Assembly: GCA_051881775.1 (NCBI GenBank)
Contig: JBJEQN010000103.1
Location: forward strand, 14,604-78,603
DNA: 64,000 nucleotides
DNA from: Oscillospiraceae bacterium
GTDB lineage: Bacteria; Bacillota; Clostridia; Oscillospirales; Ruminococcaceae
Direction of reading: 5' to 3'
Made by a program: the position numbers and the translations under genes. Positions 1 to 9,276 of the stretch are shown one piece after another. Below the pieces are notes generated by a model. It saw nothing but the letters and a program-made list of their open reading frames with translations. It was not told where the DNA came from and ran no database searches. Position 1 is the first letter of the stretch; each line of letters opens with the position of its first letter.

Positions 1-377
1 GCCGCCTTAACGACCTCGTCGTCAAGGGGCATTTCCGCCTGTGACCAAGGCTCGCTGCCCCAGCCTATGCCTTCATCGAAAGGATTTTGTTGTTCCCATT
101 TTTCGTATATTTCCGCAAGTTCCTCATTTATCTGAACAGAACCGCTTTCACGAAGTCCGTCAAGTATTCCCGTTACCTTTGATACGTTCACCATACCGCC
201 CGAGCCTGTTCCGCTCTTGTAGTAGTGAAGCTGTATACGTCCGAAAACGGAAAGACGGCAGTTATTTTCAAAGGGCAGAGCGCCGTTGTCATTTTTCAGC
301 AGAACACAGCCCTCCGCAGCTGTTTTTCTTGCTGTTTCAATATATTTGTTCCAATCAAGTATCATTTTTTCAGACAT
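1..377 (-). CDS. glycoside hydrolase family 3 (beta-glucosidase-like), N-terminal part; the rest lies outside the window
   Basis: Absent from the ORF track because it runs off the window. Hand translation of the minus strand from ATG 377-375 gives MSEKMILDWNKYIETARKTAAEGCVLLKNDNGALPF...YYKSGTGSGGMVNV, typical of clostridial GH3 N-termini. AAGGAG lies 8 nt upstream. Confidence 0.65.
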   Translation of the reverse strand, partial: MSEKMILDWNKYIETARKTAAEGCVLLKNDNGALPFENNCRLSVFGRIQLHYYKSGTGSGGMVNVSKVTGILDGLRESGSVQINEELAEIYEKWEQQNPFDEGIGWGSEPWSQAEMPLDDEVVKA

Positions 378-392
378 ACAATTTGCTCCTTA

Positions 393-1004
393 TTATCTGT
401 AATCATCAACATCAAATTCACGGTCTTTGTAGTAGTATTTTCTGTCGTCCTCGGTGATGAAGCGTATGACCCTTGCAGGATTTCCTGCGGCAACGGCATT
501 GTCGGGAACGTCCTTTGTCACAACCGAGCCTGCGCCGATAACTGCATTGTTTCCTATCGTCACACCGGGCAGTATTACCGAGTTTCCGCCTATCCAGACG
601 TTGTCTCCGATAGTTATGGAAATGCCGTATTCATAGCCTGAATTCCGTGAATCGGGGTGAAGGGGGTGTCCTGCGGTGTAAATGGAAACGTTGGGAGCGA
701 TCTGTACATTGCTGCCTATGGTCACCTTTCCAACGTCAAGAACAGTAAGGTTGTAGTTGGCAAAAAAGTTTTCTCCCACTTCAATGTTGTAACCGTAATC
801 GCAGTGAAACGGGGGCATAACGTTAATGTCCTTTCCCGTTTTTGCAAAAAGCCCTTTAAGTATGTCCGCAATTTCGGAAAATCGTTCCGGCGGCATATTG
901 TTTATTTCATAGACCGCCTTCTGCGCACGCAGACGTTCTTCGGGAAGTCCGTCAAGCCACGCCTTGTAAGGCAGCCCTGCAAGCATTCTTTCTTTCATAT
1001 CCAT
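393..1004 (-). CDS. maa: maltose/galactoside O-acetyltransferase (hexapeptide-repeat transferase)
   Basis: Mac-type N-terminus (MKERMLAGLPYKAW...) followed by left-handed beta-helix hexapeptide repeats (IGDNVWIGGNSVILPGVTIGNNAVIGAGSVV). I chose the ATG at 1004 (AAGGAG 9 nt upstream) over the track start at 1037, which overlaps ung. Confidence 0.85.
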   Translation of the reverse strand: MDMKERMLAGLPYKAWLDGLPEERLRAQKAVYEINNMPPERFSEIADILKGLFAKTGKDINVMPPFHCDYGYNIEVGENFFANYNLTVLDVGKVTIGSNVQIAPNVSIYTAGHPLHPDSRNSGYEYGISITIGDNVWIGGNSVILPGVTIGNNAVIGAGSVVTKDVPDNAVAAGNPARVIRFITEDDRKYYYKDREFDVDDYR

Positions 1005-1018
1005 AACAGTTTTTCTCC

Positions 1019-1690
1019 TTATTCGGGTATTCTCCAATCAACAGGCTCAATGCCGTGTGCCGTAAGAAAATCGTTGGTCTTAGAAAAATGTTTGTTTCCG
1101 AAAAATCCGTTGTAAGCCGAAAGGGGACTGGGGTGCGCCGATTGTAAAATAAGATGATTCGGATTTGTTATCAGCTTTGTTTTTGAACGTGCATTTGCTC
1201 CCCATAAAATGAAAACAATAGGCTTTTCACGTTCGTTAAGCAGCTCTATAACTCTGTCGGTGAATATCTCCCAGCCTTGATTTTTGTGTGAGTTGGGGCA
1301 GCTTTCCCGTACCGTGAGCACCGTGTTCATAAGCAGTACGCCGCTTTGCGCCCAGGAAATAAGCTCTCCGTGGCTTGCGGGAGGGATACCGAGGTCGCTT
1401 TGCAGCTCCTTGTAAATATTCTGCAGCGAGGGAGGGGTAGGCGTGCCCTTCTGCACCGAAAAGCAAAGCCCGTGAGCCTGTCCCGGCTGGTGATAAGGGT
1501 CCTGCCCAAGAATAACGGCTTTTACATCGCTGTATGAGGTGTATTTCAGCGAGTTGAAAATATTGTACATATTGGGGTAAACGTGATAGTGGGAGTATTC
1601 ATATTTAAGAAATTCTCTCAGCTTCAGATAATATTCCTTTTCAAATTCTCCCTTAAGTATCTCGTCCCATTCGTTGCCTATGTTAACCAT
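1019..1690 (-). CDS. ung: uracil-DNA glycosylase, family 1
   Basis: GQDPYH and HPSPLS motifs; about 223 aa. Confidence 0.95.
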   Translation of the reverse strand: MVNIGNEWDEILKGEFEKEYYLKLREFLKYEYSHYHVYPNMYNIFNSLKYTSYSDVKAVILGQDPYHQPGQAHGLCFSVQKGTPTPPSLQNIYKELQSDLGIPPASHGELISWAQSGVLLMNTVLTVRESCPNSHKNQGWEIFTDRVIELLNEREKPIVFILWGANARSKTKLITNPNHLILQSAHPSPLSAYNGFFGNKHFSKTNDFLTAHGIEPVDWRIPE

Positions 1691-1704
1691 TGAATGTTCC
1701 TTTC

Positions 1705-2859
1705 TCAGCCTCTTTCGCGCACTTTTACAAAGGCAGCGTCAAGAAGAGCGATAGTGTCGTTCCAGCGTACGTCCGCACCGGGAGCCTTGAACACTATGCA
1801 GATTATCTGATGTCCGAAGCGCTCGGCAGTCGCAACAACGCAGTGGCCTGCTTCGTCTGTCATGCCTGTTTTCATGCCGGTGGCGTACATATAATAGCAG
1901 TCACTGTAATCGTGGATAAGCTTGTTTGTATTTTCCCAGGAAATTTCTTCGCCGGAAAGGAAGGTAACATACCTGTCCGTTTTTGCCGCCGATTCCGTCA
2001 GCATATCAAAATTTTCTGCATAAAGCGCTACCCTCAGCATATCAAGTACCGTGGTGTAGTGATCGTCATCGTGGAAACCGTCGGGGTTGGCAAAATGCGT
2101 GTTTTTACAGCCAATGCGCTTTGCGGCAGCGTTCATTTCGTTAACGAACCGTTTTACAGCCTGTTCTGCGGACATATTTTCATTGTCTGCAATGACCCGT
2201 CCCGTGTTTGCGGCTGCACAGTAAGCAGCGTCGTTGCCGGAGGGCAGCATCATTCCGTCGATTATCATACCAAGGTCAAGCTCGCTGCCTCTGTTGAGCA
2301 TGGCAAGGCTTGAACCGGGATTAACAAGATCCTGCTCATCTCCTGCGGTGAAAACAAGGTCTTCCGGAGCGTATTTCAGCGTTATCGCAGAGGACATTAT
2401 TTTTGTCGTGCTGGCAGGATAGCATTTTTCCTCGGGATTTTTGGCGTAAAGCACTTCATTTGCTTCAACGTCATAAACGATAGCGTATTCCGAGCGTATC
2501 ACCATATCAATGGGGTAGCTGTCCTGCAGCTTTATGTTGATCTTTCTTACCTCGTCTGCGGCAGGGTCGGAGCTTACCTTTTCGGTCACAACTGTTTCTG
2601 CGGCAACAGGAACAGCCTCGCCGCCGTCCTCCGTGCTTTCGGGCAGTATGACCTCCTCCGAGCCGAGACAAACGTAACCGTCAGCCTCAACCGATAAAGG
2701 TATTTCCGCCTTGCTTCCCGTGATTATAACTGCGCCTATTCCTGCGCATACAGCCACAACTCCGAGAACGGAAGCGATCTTTGCCCTTGCAGCATTGCGC
2801 CGCCTTCTTGCCTCGAGAGAGAGCCGTTTTTTTGCTTTTTTATTGTTTGATCGTGCCAT
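1705..2859 (-). CDS. D-alanyl-D-alanine carboxypeptidase (PBP5/DacB-type serine peptidase S11), membrane-anchored
   Basis: SxxK (ASTTK), SxN (PSGND) and KTG (MKTGMT) motifs; N-terminal basic segment plus a TM helix. Confidence 0.85.
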   Translation of the reverse strand: MARSNNKKAKKRLSLEARRRRNAARAKIASVLGVVAVCAGIGAVIITGSKAEIPLSVEADGYVCLGSEEVILPESTEDGGEAVPVAAETVVTEKVSSDPAADEVRKINIKLQDSYPIDMVIRSEYAIVYDVEANEVLYAKNPEEKCYPASTTKIMSSAITLKYAPEDLVFTAGDEQDLVNPGSSLAMLNRGSELDLGMIIDGMMLPSGNDAAYCAAANTGRVIADNENMSAEQAVKRFVNEMNAAAKRIGCKNTHFANPDGFHDDDHYTTVLDMLRVALYAENFDMLTESAAKTDRYVTFLSGEEISWENTNKLIHDYSDCYYMYATGMKTGMTDEAGHCVVATAERFGHQIICIVFKAPGADVRWNDTIALLDAAFVKVRERG

Positions 2860-3131
2860 ATGTATACCTCACAGCGGTTTTGATTTCATAAAAGTATACC
2901 TATATTTTAACATAAACGCAGGATTTGTCAATGCTGTCAAAAGAAAAAATGTTATATTGGCAAACTTGTGCTTTTTATTTTAATGTTGGAAAAATGTCGA
3001 ATCTGTTTGCTTTTTATTGGAATAAATGTCATATCAGCGGTTATTTATGTTGGAAAAATGACAAAAATCCTTTTAAAACTGTTGCATAAATGCCAAAAAC
3101 GTGCTATACTAAGTGTGGGGAGGTATTTGAT

Positions 3132-4484
3132 ATGCTGCACAGAAAGATTGAACGTGAAATTGTTGACTGGCTGAACAAGGATAGTAAGGCGCTGCTTATT
3201 GACGGTGCAAGACAGGTCGGTAAGACATATATTATAAGAAGTACGCTTGCGCAGCAAGGCTGTGACTATGCTGAATTTAATCTGCTGCACACACCGGAGC
3301 TTGTGACCTTGCTTGAAAAATGCAGCAGTGTGGAAGATATGATAACGAGCCTGTCCTTGTTTGCCGATAAGCCGTTTGTAAGGGGCAGGACAGTTTTGTT
3401 CTTTGACGAGATACAGGAGTTTAAGGAGCTTGCTACAAAAATCAAGTTTTGGGTAGACGAGGGTTCGTTCCGCTATGTGTTCAGCGGTTCACTGCTCGGC
3501 GTGGAACTGAGGAGCATAAAATCTGCACCTGTCGGTTATTTGAAAACCTTGACAATGTATCCTATGGACTTTGAGGAATTTTTGCAGATATATAATTTTA
3601 CCGACAAACTCAGAGAATCGCTGTACAATTCCTTTGTTGACAGAACACCTGTAAATGAAGCTGTGCATGAGCGAATGATGCGTATTTTTAATATGTATCT
3701 GCTTGTAGGCGGTATGCCTGCAGCTGTTGAACGGTTCCGAGAAACTCATAATTTAGAAGATGTGCTATCTGAACACAATGATATAGTTACACAGTATAAA
3801 AGGGACTTTACGCATTATGAGCAGGACGCTAAAAAAATCTATCTGACACAGATATATGACCTTATTCCTGCTGAATTGAATAAGCCAAATAAACGTTTTA
3901 ATTTTTCTGATCTGAAACAGGGAATGCGTTATGAACGCAGCGAGGAAAATTTTTTATGGCTGGCTCAGGCAGGCGTGGCATTGCCTGTGTATAATGTGTC
4001 AGCGCCTGAGATACCGTTGATGCTTAACGAAAAAAGCAGCTTGTTCAAGCTGTTTATGTCCGATGTAGGAATGTTGACCTCAGTTTACGGCAGAGCGGCA
4101 AAAATGGAGATATTGTCCGGCAGCGGCAATACAAATAACGGTGCTGTCTATGAAAATGTTGTTGCACAGGAATTGAAGGCTCACGGCTTCAAGCTGTATT
4201 ATTATAACAGCAAGAAGTTCGGCGAACTGGATCTTGTTGTGGAGTATAACGGTAAAGTTCTGCCTATAGAGGTAAAGAGCGGAAAAGATTACCGCCGTCA
4301 TTCCGCATTAAGCAATGTGATGTATGAGAGCGATTACCGTATAGACGAAGCCTTTGTATTGTCGGATTATAATGTAGATGTTCAGGGCAAACTGGTATAT
4401 TATCCTGTTTATATGCTTATGTTTATAAATAACGATGAATTAAGGTTCCCTCAGATAGAAATTGACGATCTTTCTGATATTTGA
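3132..4484 (+). CDS. AAA+ ATPase with C-terminal DUF4143 domain
   Basis: Walker A (GARQVGKT), Walker B (LFFDEIQ) and a DUF4143-like C-terminal half. ATG 3132 has GGGAGG 8 nt upstream; the track ORF starts at 3090. Confidence 0.8.
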   Translation: MLHRKIEREIVDWLNKDSKALLIDGARQVGKTYIIRSTLAQQGCDYAEFNLLHTPELVTLLEKCSSVEDMITSLSLFADKPFVRGRTVLFFDEIQEFKELATKIKFWVDEGSFRYVFSGSLLGVELRSIKSAPVGYLKTLTMYPMDFEEFLQIYNFTDKLRESLYNSFVDRTPVNEAVHERMMRIFNMYLLVGGMPAAVERFRETHNLEDVLSEHNDIVTQYKRDFTHYEQDAKKIYLTQIYDLIPAELNKPNKRFNFSDLKQGMRYERSEENFLWLAQAGVALPVYNVSAPEIPLMLNEKSSLFKLFMSDVGMLTSVYGRAAKMEILSGSGNTNNGAVYENVVAQELKAHGFKLYYYNSKKFGELDLVVEYNGKVLPIEVKSGKDYRRHSALSNVMYESDYRIDEAFVLSDYNVDVQGKLVYYPVYMLMFINNDELRFPQIEIDDLSDI

Positions 4485-4573
4485 ACCGTAATATTTTGTA
4501 AAGCATACCGCCGTAGTTTGACACAAAACGCTTTGTCTGTTATAATTGTATAAAAACCAAAGGAGGACAAATC

Positions 4574-4915
4574 ATGCCGTTTATCAACGTAAAAACCAAC
4601 GCCGAAGTTCCTGCCGAAAAAGCAAAAGCAATAAAATCCGCTCTGGGGCTGGCGATAACAGCGCTCCCCGGAAAGTCCGAGGGCTGGCTCATGGTGGGCA
4701 TCGAGGACAACTACAAGCTTTTCTTTAAGGGCACGGAAGAGCCTGCCGCTATGGTGGAAGTGAGCGTCTACGGAAACGCCTCGTCAAACTCCCTCTCCGT
4801 GCTTACAAGCAATATTACGGGTATCCTGCTTGATAACCTGGGAATACCCACCGACAGAGTTTACGTCAGCTATATGTGTACCGAAAACTGGGGCTGGAAC
4901 GGCTCAAATTTCTAA
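4574..4915 (+). CDS. MIF/phenylpyruvate tautomerase-family protein
   Basis: The N-terminus MPFINVKTN has Pro after Met, the hallmark of the tautomerase superfamily. Length is about 113 aa; AGGAGG RBS. Confidence 0.65.
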   Translation: MPFINVKTNAEVPAEKAKAIKSALGLAITALPGKSEGWLMVGIEDNYKLFFKGTEEPAAMVEVSVYGNASSNSLSVLTSNITGILLDNLGIPTDRVYVSYMCTENWGWNGSNF

Positions 4916-4926
4916 AATTTAAAACA

Positions 4927-4968
4927 AATGCGCAGAACGTGCCGTTAAAGCGTTCTGCGCATTTTTTT
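4927..4968. terminator. bidirectional rho-independent terminator between convergent genes
   Basis: 13-bp stem AATGCGCAGAACG / CGTTCTGCGCATT followed by a T-run; A-rich on the other side. Confidence 0.8.
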
Positions 4969-7279
4969 ATTCGTTCTGAAATTTAAGAAACGTTCCGTCG
5001 CTTATGGTATCGGGAAAATTGGGCAGGGGAGAGCTTTCTTTGCTGCGGAAAATAAGCGTGTCACCGGCAATTTCAAAGACAAACCGTTCACCCGTTCCGC
5101 AGGAAATAACGAGCCTGTCACCCTCCACAGAGCATACTCCGCTTATAATTCGGCTTGAAAGACCCGAATCGGTGAAATACGCTCCGCCGTAAACCGTAAT
5201 GTTTACCGAATTAAGCGCACCGTTTTCTGCGGAATAAACACCGGGCTTCACCATGCTTTGTGCATAAGGACTTATAGCAGGGCTGTTTCCCGGGAACGGC
5301 ACAAAGGCTTCTTCTCCCGAATCGGTATGGCGCACTATCTCAATAAGCGCAAGGTGAGAGCCGCTGTAGCCGTCAAGCGTTCGTGGACGCAGATAAACAT
5401 ATTCCGTGTCGCTGTAATAGTAAGCCTCCCCCAAAAAGCTGCCTGCACCGCTGCTCCATACACGCCTTGTATCAAATGACGGGGAGAAGTCCTCCGCATA
5501 TATCAGCTTGCAGCCGAAGGTGTCAAGCCAGTAGTAAGCGGTCTCCTCACCGTTGCCGATGTAACAGTAAAGCCTGCGCACTCCGTCAATGCTTTCCGAG
5601 CCCATTCCTACGCCGTTCCAACTGTCTGCACCCGGTTCAAAGGGGAGAAGCTGCTTTATCTGTTCAAAGCTTGCCGTAATATCCGCCGTAAATTCCGTTT
5701 GGTCGGTGCAGACGAAAAGATAGTCCGAACCCTCTGTGAAAACGGTGTAAATTTCATCGGCGTAAATAATATAGGGAAATTCCGAGCCGAAATAAACGCT
5801 GTTCATTTTCGCTGTGGAAACGGGTACAACGGGAATTTCCGAGGGAAAGATACGGGAAACGCCGCCCGAAGATGTAAATTCATCAATAACGGCAACAACA
5901 GCGCCGTCCTCGTCAATAACATTGTAATCATCAAGGCAGGAATAAATATCATCGTAAATTTCCCGTGATATTTCGTAGCTGTAGCCGTATTTCGGCAATG
6001 AAACGCCGTATATGATCCTGCCGTCCGTATTTACTGCGGTAAAAAGCTGAAATTCTGCGGAAAGAGGCTCGTCTGCACTGTAATACACTGTAAAATCCCG
6101 CACAGACGTTGGCTTGATCTCATAGTCGGGGTCAACGGGGCTTAGCTCCGAGTTACGCATAAGATAAAGCAGCTTTGACATACTTCCGCTTTTCAGTTCG
6201 TATTCCTCACCCGTCTGACCGTTTGCTTCTTTTGATACGGTCACACTTGGCGACTCGCCGTATAAAACTTCGCTTAAAACAATGTCCATTGAAGTCTGAG
6301 TTTCATAGTCAGGCTTGCCAAAATAGCTTTCAAAATTGTTATTTCCGCTTCTGCCGTTAAAAATAAGAATTACCGATGCCGCAAGAATTATCACCGCAAA
6401 AATGCTTACCCAAAGAGCAGGTCTTTTGAAGCCGAGAACGTTCTTAATGCGCCTTTTTGTACCGTTTTCCGAGAAGCAGGCAGTAAAGGGAGCAGTGTTT
6501 CCTGCGGCAATGTCAAGAAGCGCCTGTGAGTAGTCCGCCTTGCCCGTGTCATCCATATTTTTTGCAACAGCTTCATCGCAGGACATTTCCATATCACGTT
6601 CGCACAGCTTAAACGCAAGCCATACAAGAGGATTGAACCAGTGAATACACAAAGCGGCGAACATTACTATCTTGGCAACGTGGTCAAACCGCTTTATGTG
6701 CGCCTTTTCGTGAAGAATTATCAGGCTGCGCTGCGACTGTGCAAGGTTTTCGGGAAGATATATCTTCGGCTTGAACACGCCCATTATAAACGGGTTTGAG
6801 ATGCCGCCGCAGACGTAAATATTCCCCTCGGTGCAGACAGCGTTTCTAAGCCGTTTTTTCAGCTTTATGTAAGAAATAACGCCGTAAGCCGCCATTAACG
6901 TTACCCCCATAAGCCATATGACCGTTCCTGCGGAGATTATACGGCGTGTGCCTTTGTATTCTTCCGGAGCATTTTTGTCGGTGCTTGTAAAAATCGTAAC
7001 GGAAGCGTTGCTGCCTACGAAAAACAGGTCGCCGTAATCCCGGGGCGTTTGCACGGTATCGGCATTTATGCTGTATTCCTCTATCTTTACGGGAACAACG
7101 GGGGCAGAGGGCAGGGTAAATTCAAATGGGCAAAGCAGCCTTATAAACACAACAGCCCACATTGCATAGGAAAAGACCTTCGGCGCTTTTCGCAGCAGCA
7201 GCCTTAACACAAGCACGGCTGCAATAACAAAGGAAGCTGTAATGCTCATTCCTGCTATTTTCAGAAAAATATCCGTCAT
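4967..7279 (-). CDS. M56 family (BlaR1/MecR1-like) membrane metalloprotease with a large C-terminal extracellular domain that is not PBP-like
   Basis: HEKAHIKRFDH zinc motif within a multi-TM N-terminal region. About 470 C-terminal residues lack SxxK/KTG motifs. The likely start is MTDIFLKIAG at 7279 (TAATG overlap with the upstream gene); the track start at 7330 is an in-frame extension. Confidence 0.85.
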   Translation of the reverse strand: MTDIFLKIAGMSITASFVIAAVLVLRLLLRKAPKVFSYAMWAVVFIRLLCPFEFTLPSAPVVPVKIEEYSINADTVQTPRDYGDLFFVGSNASVTIFTSTDKNAPEEYKGTRRIISAGTVIWLMGVTLMAAYGVISYIKLKKRLRNAVCTEGNIYVCGGISNPFIMGVFKPKIYLPENLAQSQRSLIILHEKAHIKRFDHVAKIVMFAALCIHWFNPLVWLAFKLCERDMEMSCDEAVAKNMDDTGKADYSQALLDIAAGNTAPFTACFSENGTKRRIKNVLGFKRPALWVSIFAVIILAASVILIFNGRSGNNNFESYFGKPDYETQTSMDIVLSEVLYGESPSVTVSKEANGQTGEEYELKSGSMSKLLYLMRNSELSPVDPDYEIKPTSVRDFTVYYSADEPLSAEFQLFTAVNTDGRIIYGVSLPKYGYSYEISREIYDDIYSCLDDYNVIDEDGAVVAVIDEFTSSGGVSRIFPSEIPVVPVSTAKMNSVYFGSEFPYIIYADEIYTVFTEGSDYLFVCTDQTEFTADITASFEQIKQLLPFEPGADSWNGVGMGSESIDGVRRLYCYIGNGEETAYYWLDTFGCKLIYAEDFSPSFDTRRVWSSGAGSFLGEAYYYSDTEYVYLRPRTLDGYSGSHLALIEIVRHTDSGEEAFVPFPGNSPAISPYAQSMVKPGVYSAENGALNSVNITVYGGAYFTDSGLSSRIISGVCSVEGDRLVISCGTGERFVFEIAGDTLIFRSKESSPLPNFPDTISDGTFLKFQNE

Positions 7280-8565
7280 TAGAGAAGCACCTCCGCACTG
7301 TCCTTTATCTTTGTATAGTTGTTTTCGCAAAGCTCGTATAGGTAGCAGCCTTTTTCTATGTTGCTATGTTCGGCGTTGACAATGACAGTTACATAATAAC
7401 GTTTGTGAACGCCGTAAGTGCCGCTTGAAAGTATAATGCTGTCCGTCTTGTCGCCCATATGACAATCCAGCCTCATTTCCTCGGCGGTTTCGGGTGCGCT
7501 GTCCTGTTCGCAGAGTGCGCCGCTTGCTCTTACAAGGTTGTATTTGACAAGATGAAGCTCACCCTCCATACCCGTGCGGCTTTCCATAGCATTGGAGCCG
7601 TATTCGGCTGTTTTTTTGCCTGCGGTAAGTGTGAAACCGTCATATTTTTCGGGGCGAAGCAGTATTTTTTCGGCAGACATTATATAGTTATATCCCCACA
7701 TAACGTAATTGATGTTTTTTCCCGTGTAGTCGATACGATAGAGATGATCGCCATTATTTGCCGCAACAGATACGCAGCTTATATAACGGTTATCGGCTGT
7801 TCTTGCGGTAACGTTGGTAAGCTTCTTTACTCCCGTTTCGGTGTAAAAGTAAAGCTCCTTTCCCTCATATAAGGTCAGCTTTGTTTTATCGAGGGGAGTA
7901 TATTTTATATTACGCAGCCATTCCATAAGCTCCGCACGGTCGTCCTCGGTAAAAATTGCATAGGTGTCATAGGTTTTGCCTCGGCTCACTGCTTCGACCT
8001 TGAAATACTCGCCGCCTGTCAAGTCGTCAATAACGGAGGTGTCATATTCCGCAGCATCGTCTTCATAGTCAAACAAAGCGTCTATATCCTCAAAAAGCTG
8101 TCCGCATTGTTTTTCGTCAAGTACAAAAATTCCCGAATTAAGGAGCTTGATATGCACATAGGTCAGCACACAGGCGTTTTCACCATTTGCATCCTTTCCC
8201 CTTGAAAGTGTGATCTCAAAAAAATCAAAATAAATTTTAGCGGTGCGCTCCGTACTGGTAAGCGGAGATTCCTTGACTTCTTTCAGGTCAAGAGCGTAAA
8301 AATCCCTTGCAAACTGTCCTATCTCTCCGCCGAGAGTGATAATGTCGGAGGAAGTACCGTTTCCGTAACTCACAGTTTCGCCGTCCATTTCAAAGGTCAC
8401 GCTGTAATCTATTTTGTCAAAGCCGATCCTGTCCTTTACCGAATTTTCCTTGGAAATTATCATTGATATAAGCAGAAAAACGGTAAAAAGCAGGACAAAG
8501 ATTCCGCCGAAAAGAGCGTATTTTCTGAACGGAACGGTTTTTGCAGCAATGTCGGTGTATTTCAT
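7279..8565 (-). CDS. hypothetical membrane-anchored protein (one N-terminal TM helix, about 390-aa extracytoplasmic part)
   Basis: Long ORF translationally coupled on both sides (ATGA overlap with blaI-like at 8562-8565, TAATG with the M56 gene). I recognise no family. Confidence 0.6.
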   Translation of the reverse strand: MKYTDIAAKTVPFRKYALFGGIFVLLFTVFLLISMIISKENSVKDRIGFDKIDYSVTFEMDGETVSYGNGTSSDIITLGGEIGQFARDFYALDLKEVKESPLTSTERTAKIYFDFFEITLSRGKDANGENACVLTYVHIKLLNSGIFVLDEKQCGQLFEDIDALFDYEDDAAEYDTSVIDDLTGGEYFKVEAVSRGKTYDTYAIFTEDDRAELMEWLRNIKYTPLDKTKLTLYEGKELYFYTETGVKKLTNVTARTADNRYISCVSVAANNGDHLYRIDYTGKNINYVMWGYNYIMSAEKILLRPEKYDGFTLTAGKKTAEYGSNAMESRTGMEGELHLVKYNLVRASGALCEQDSAPETAEEMRLDCHMGDKTDSIILSSGTYGVHKRYYVTVIVNAEHSNIEKGCYLYELCENNYTKIKDSAEVLL

Positions 8566-8930
8566 TTCAGTTCCTTTCGGTAATCGTCTATCATCTTCTG
8601 TATTTCGTCAAGCTCTGCGCCGCTGAGTTTTTTTCTGTCTGCAAATGCTGCTAAAAATTTAGGCAGAGAGCCACCGTAGCTTTCATTTACAAGCTGTTCA
8701 CCCTTTTCTGCGGCAAGCTCTTCCTCGGTCATTTTCACACGGACAACTCCGCCGTCGTTAACGAATATTCCCTTGTCGCAAAGCCTTCGCAGCATGGTGT
8801 AGGTAGTGGATTTTTTCCAGTTAAGCTCCCTTTCGCACAGCTTTACAAGCTCACCCGAGGGGATATTTTCATTTTCCCATATGAGCCGTGCAAAGCGGTT
8901 TTCCATTTCTCCAAGCTTAATTTCAGCCAT
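8562..8930 (-). CDS. BlaI/MecI/CopY family transcriptional repressor
   Basis: Winged-helix N-terminus (IWENENIPSGELVKL...WKKSTTYTMLRRLCDKG) and a helical C-terminal dimerisation part; 122 aa. Confidence 0.9.
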   Translation of the reverse strand: MAEIKLGEMENRFARLIWENENIPSGELVKLCERELNWKKSTTYTMLRRLCDKGIFVNDGGVVRVKMTEEELAAEKGEQLVNESYGGSLPKFLAAFADRKKLSGAELDEIQKMIDDYRKELK

Positions 8931-8944
8931 AATGATCCTCCTTT

Positions 8945-9004
8945 GGTCTAACTCTATTAAACCTTATTTGTATATAGTCTAACACTATTAAACCAATATG
9001 TCAA
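8945..9004 (-). promoter_or_regulatory. candidate promoter and operator of the blaI-like operon: two 19-bp direct repeats
   Basis: GGTCTAACTCTATTAAACC (8945-8963) and AGTCTAACACTATTAAACC (8976-8994) lie 31 bp apart. On the minus strand, TTGACA (9004-8999), a 17-nt spacer and TAGACT (8981-8976) give a promoter. One repeat covers the spacer and -10; the other sits just before the RBS. Confidence 0.45.
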
Positions 9005-9065
9005 CGAATTTTTAAAAAATTTTTATTATATACATAAAAAATTATAAATTAACCAAAGCATTTTG

Positions 9066-9094
9066 TTGAAAATAACAAAATTTTATGGTATAAT
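9066..9094 (+). promoter_or_regulatory. candidate sigma-A promoter of the thyA operon
   Basis: TTGAAA (9066-9071), 17-nt spacer, TGg-TATAAT extended -10 (9086-9094). This implies a leader of about 175 nt. Confidence 0.5.
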
Positions 9095-9224
9095 CTTGTA
9101 TAAGTAGAAATCATTTGCGGAATGTGTTATAATTAATCATAACTATATTGATTCAATGAAACTGTTTGAGTGTTTCGAAAACCGCAGAGCGTATATTGTA
9201 CATCTGCAATTCGGTCCAAATAAT

Positions 9225-9252
9225 TTCACTCTCCACTCTTCACACTCCAAAC
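9225..9252. repeat. single heptad-periodic array (CU-rich on the + strand) just upstream of the thyA SD
   Basis: TTCACTC TCCACTC TTCACAC TCCAAAC. Its reverse complement matches the GGAGAGT/GAAGAGT arrays at 29.8, 30.5, 39.8 and 42.0 kb. Confidence 0.7.
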
Positions 9253-9276
9253 TTAATTCACGGAGGTTTATTTTAA

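Noticed and set aside
7280-7330. N-terminal extensions in the ORF track. Examples are the M56 gene to 7330, spoIIAB to 23680, spoIIAA to 24017, GH2 from 24120, mltG from 60057, fucA to 43205 and adhE to 20436.
   Set aside because: Internal starts have proper SD spacing, remove overlaps with upstream genes and match the usual family N-termini. The extensions are just open frame upstream of the real start.
9101-9220. THF riboswitch upstream of thyA-folA.
   Set aside because: Only the first 25 nt or so loosely resemble the 5' strand of THF riboswitches as I remember them. I could not find the complementary P1/P2 strands or the pseudoknot partner. It is kept only as a low-interest long-leader observation pending an Rfam scan.
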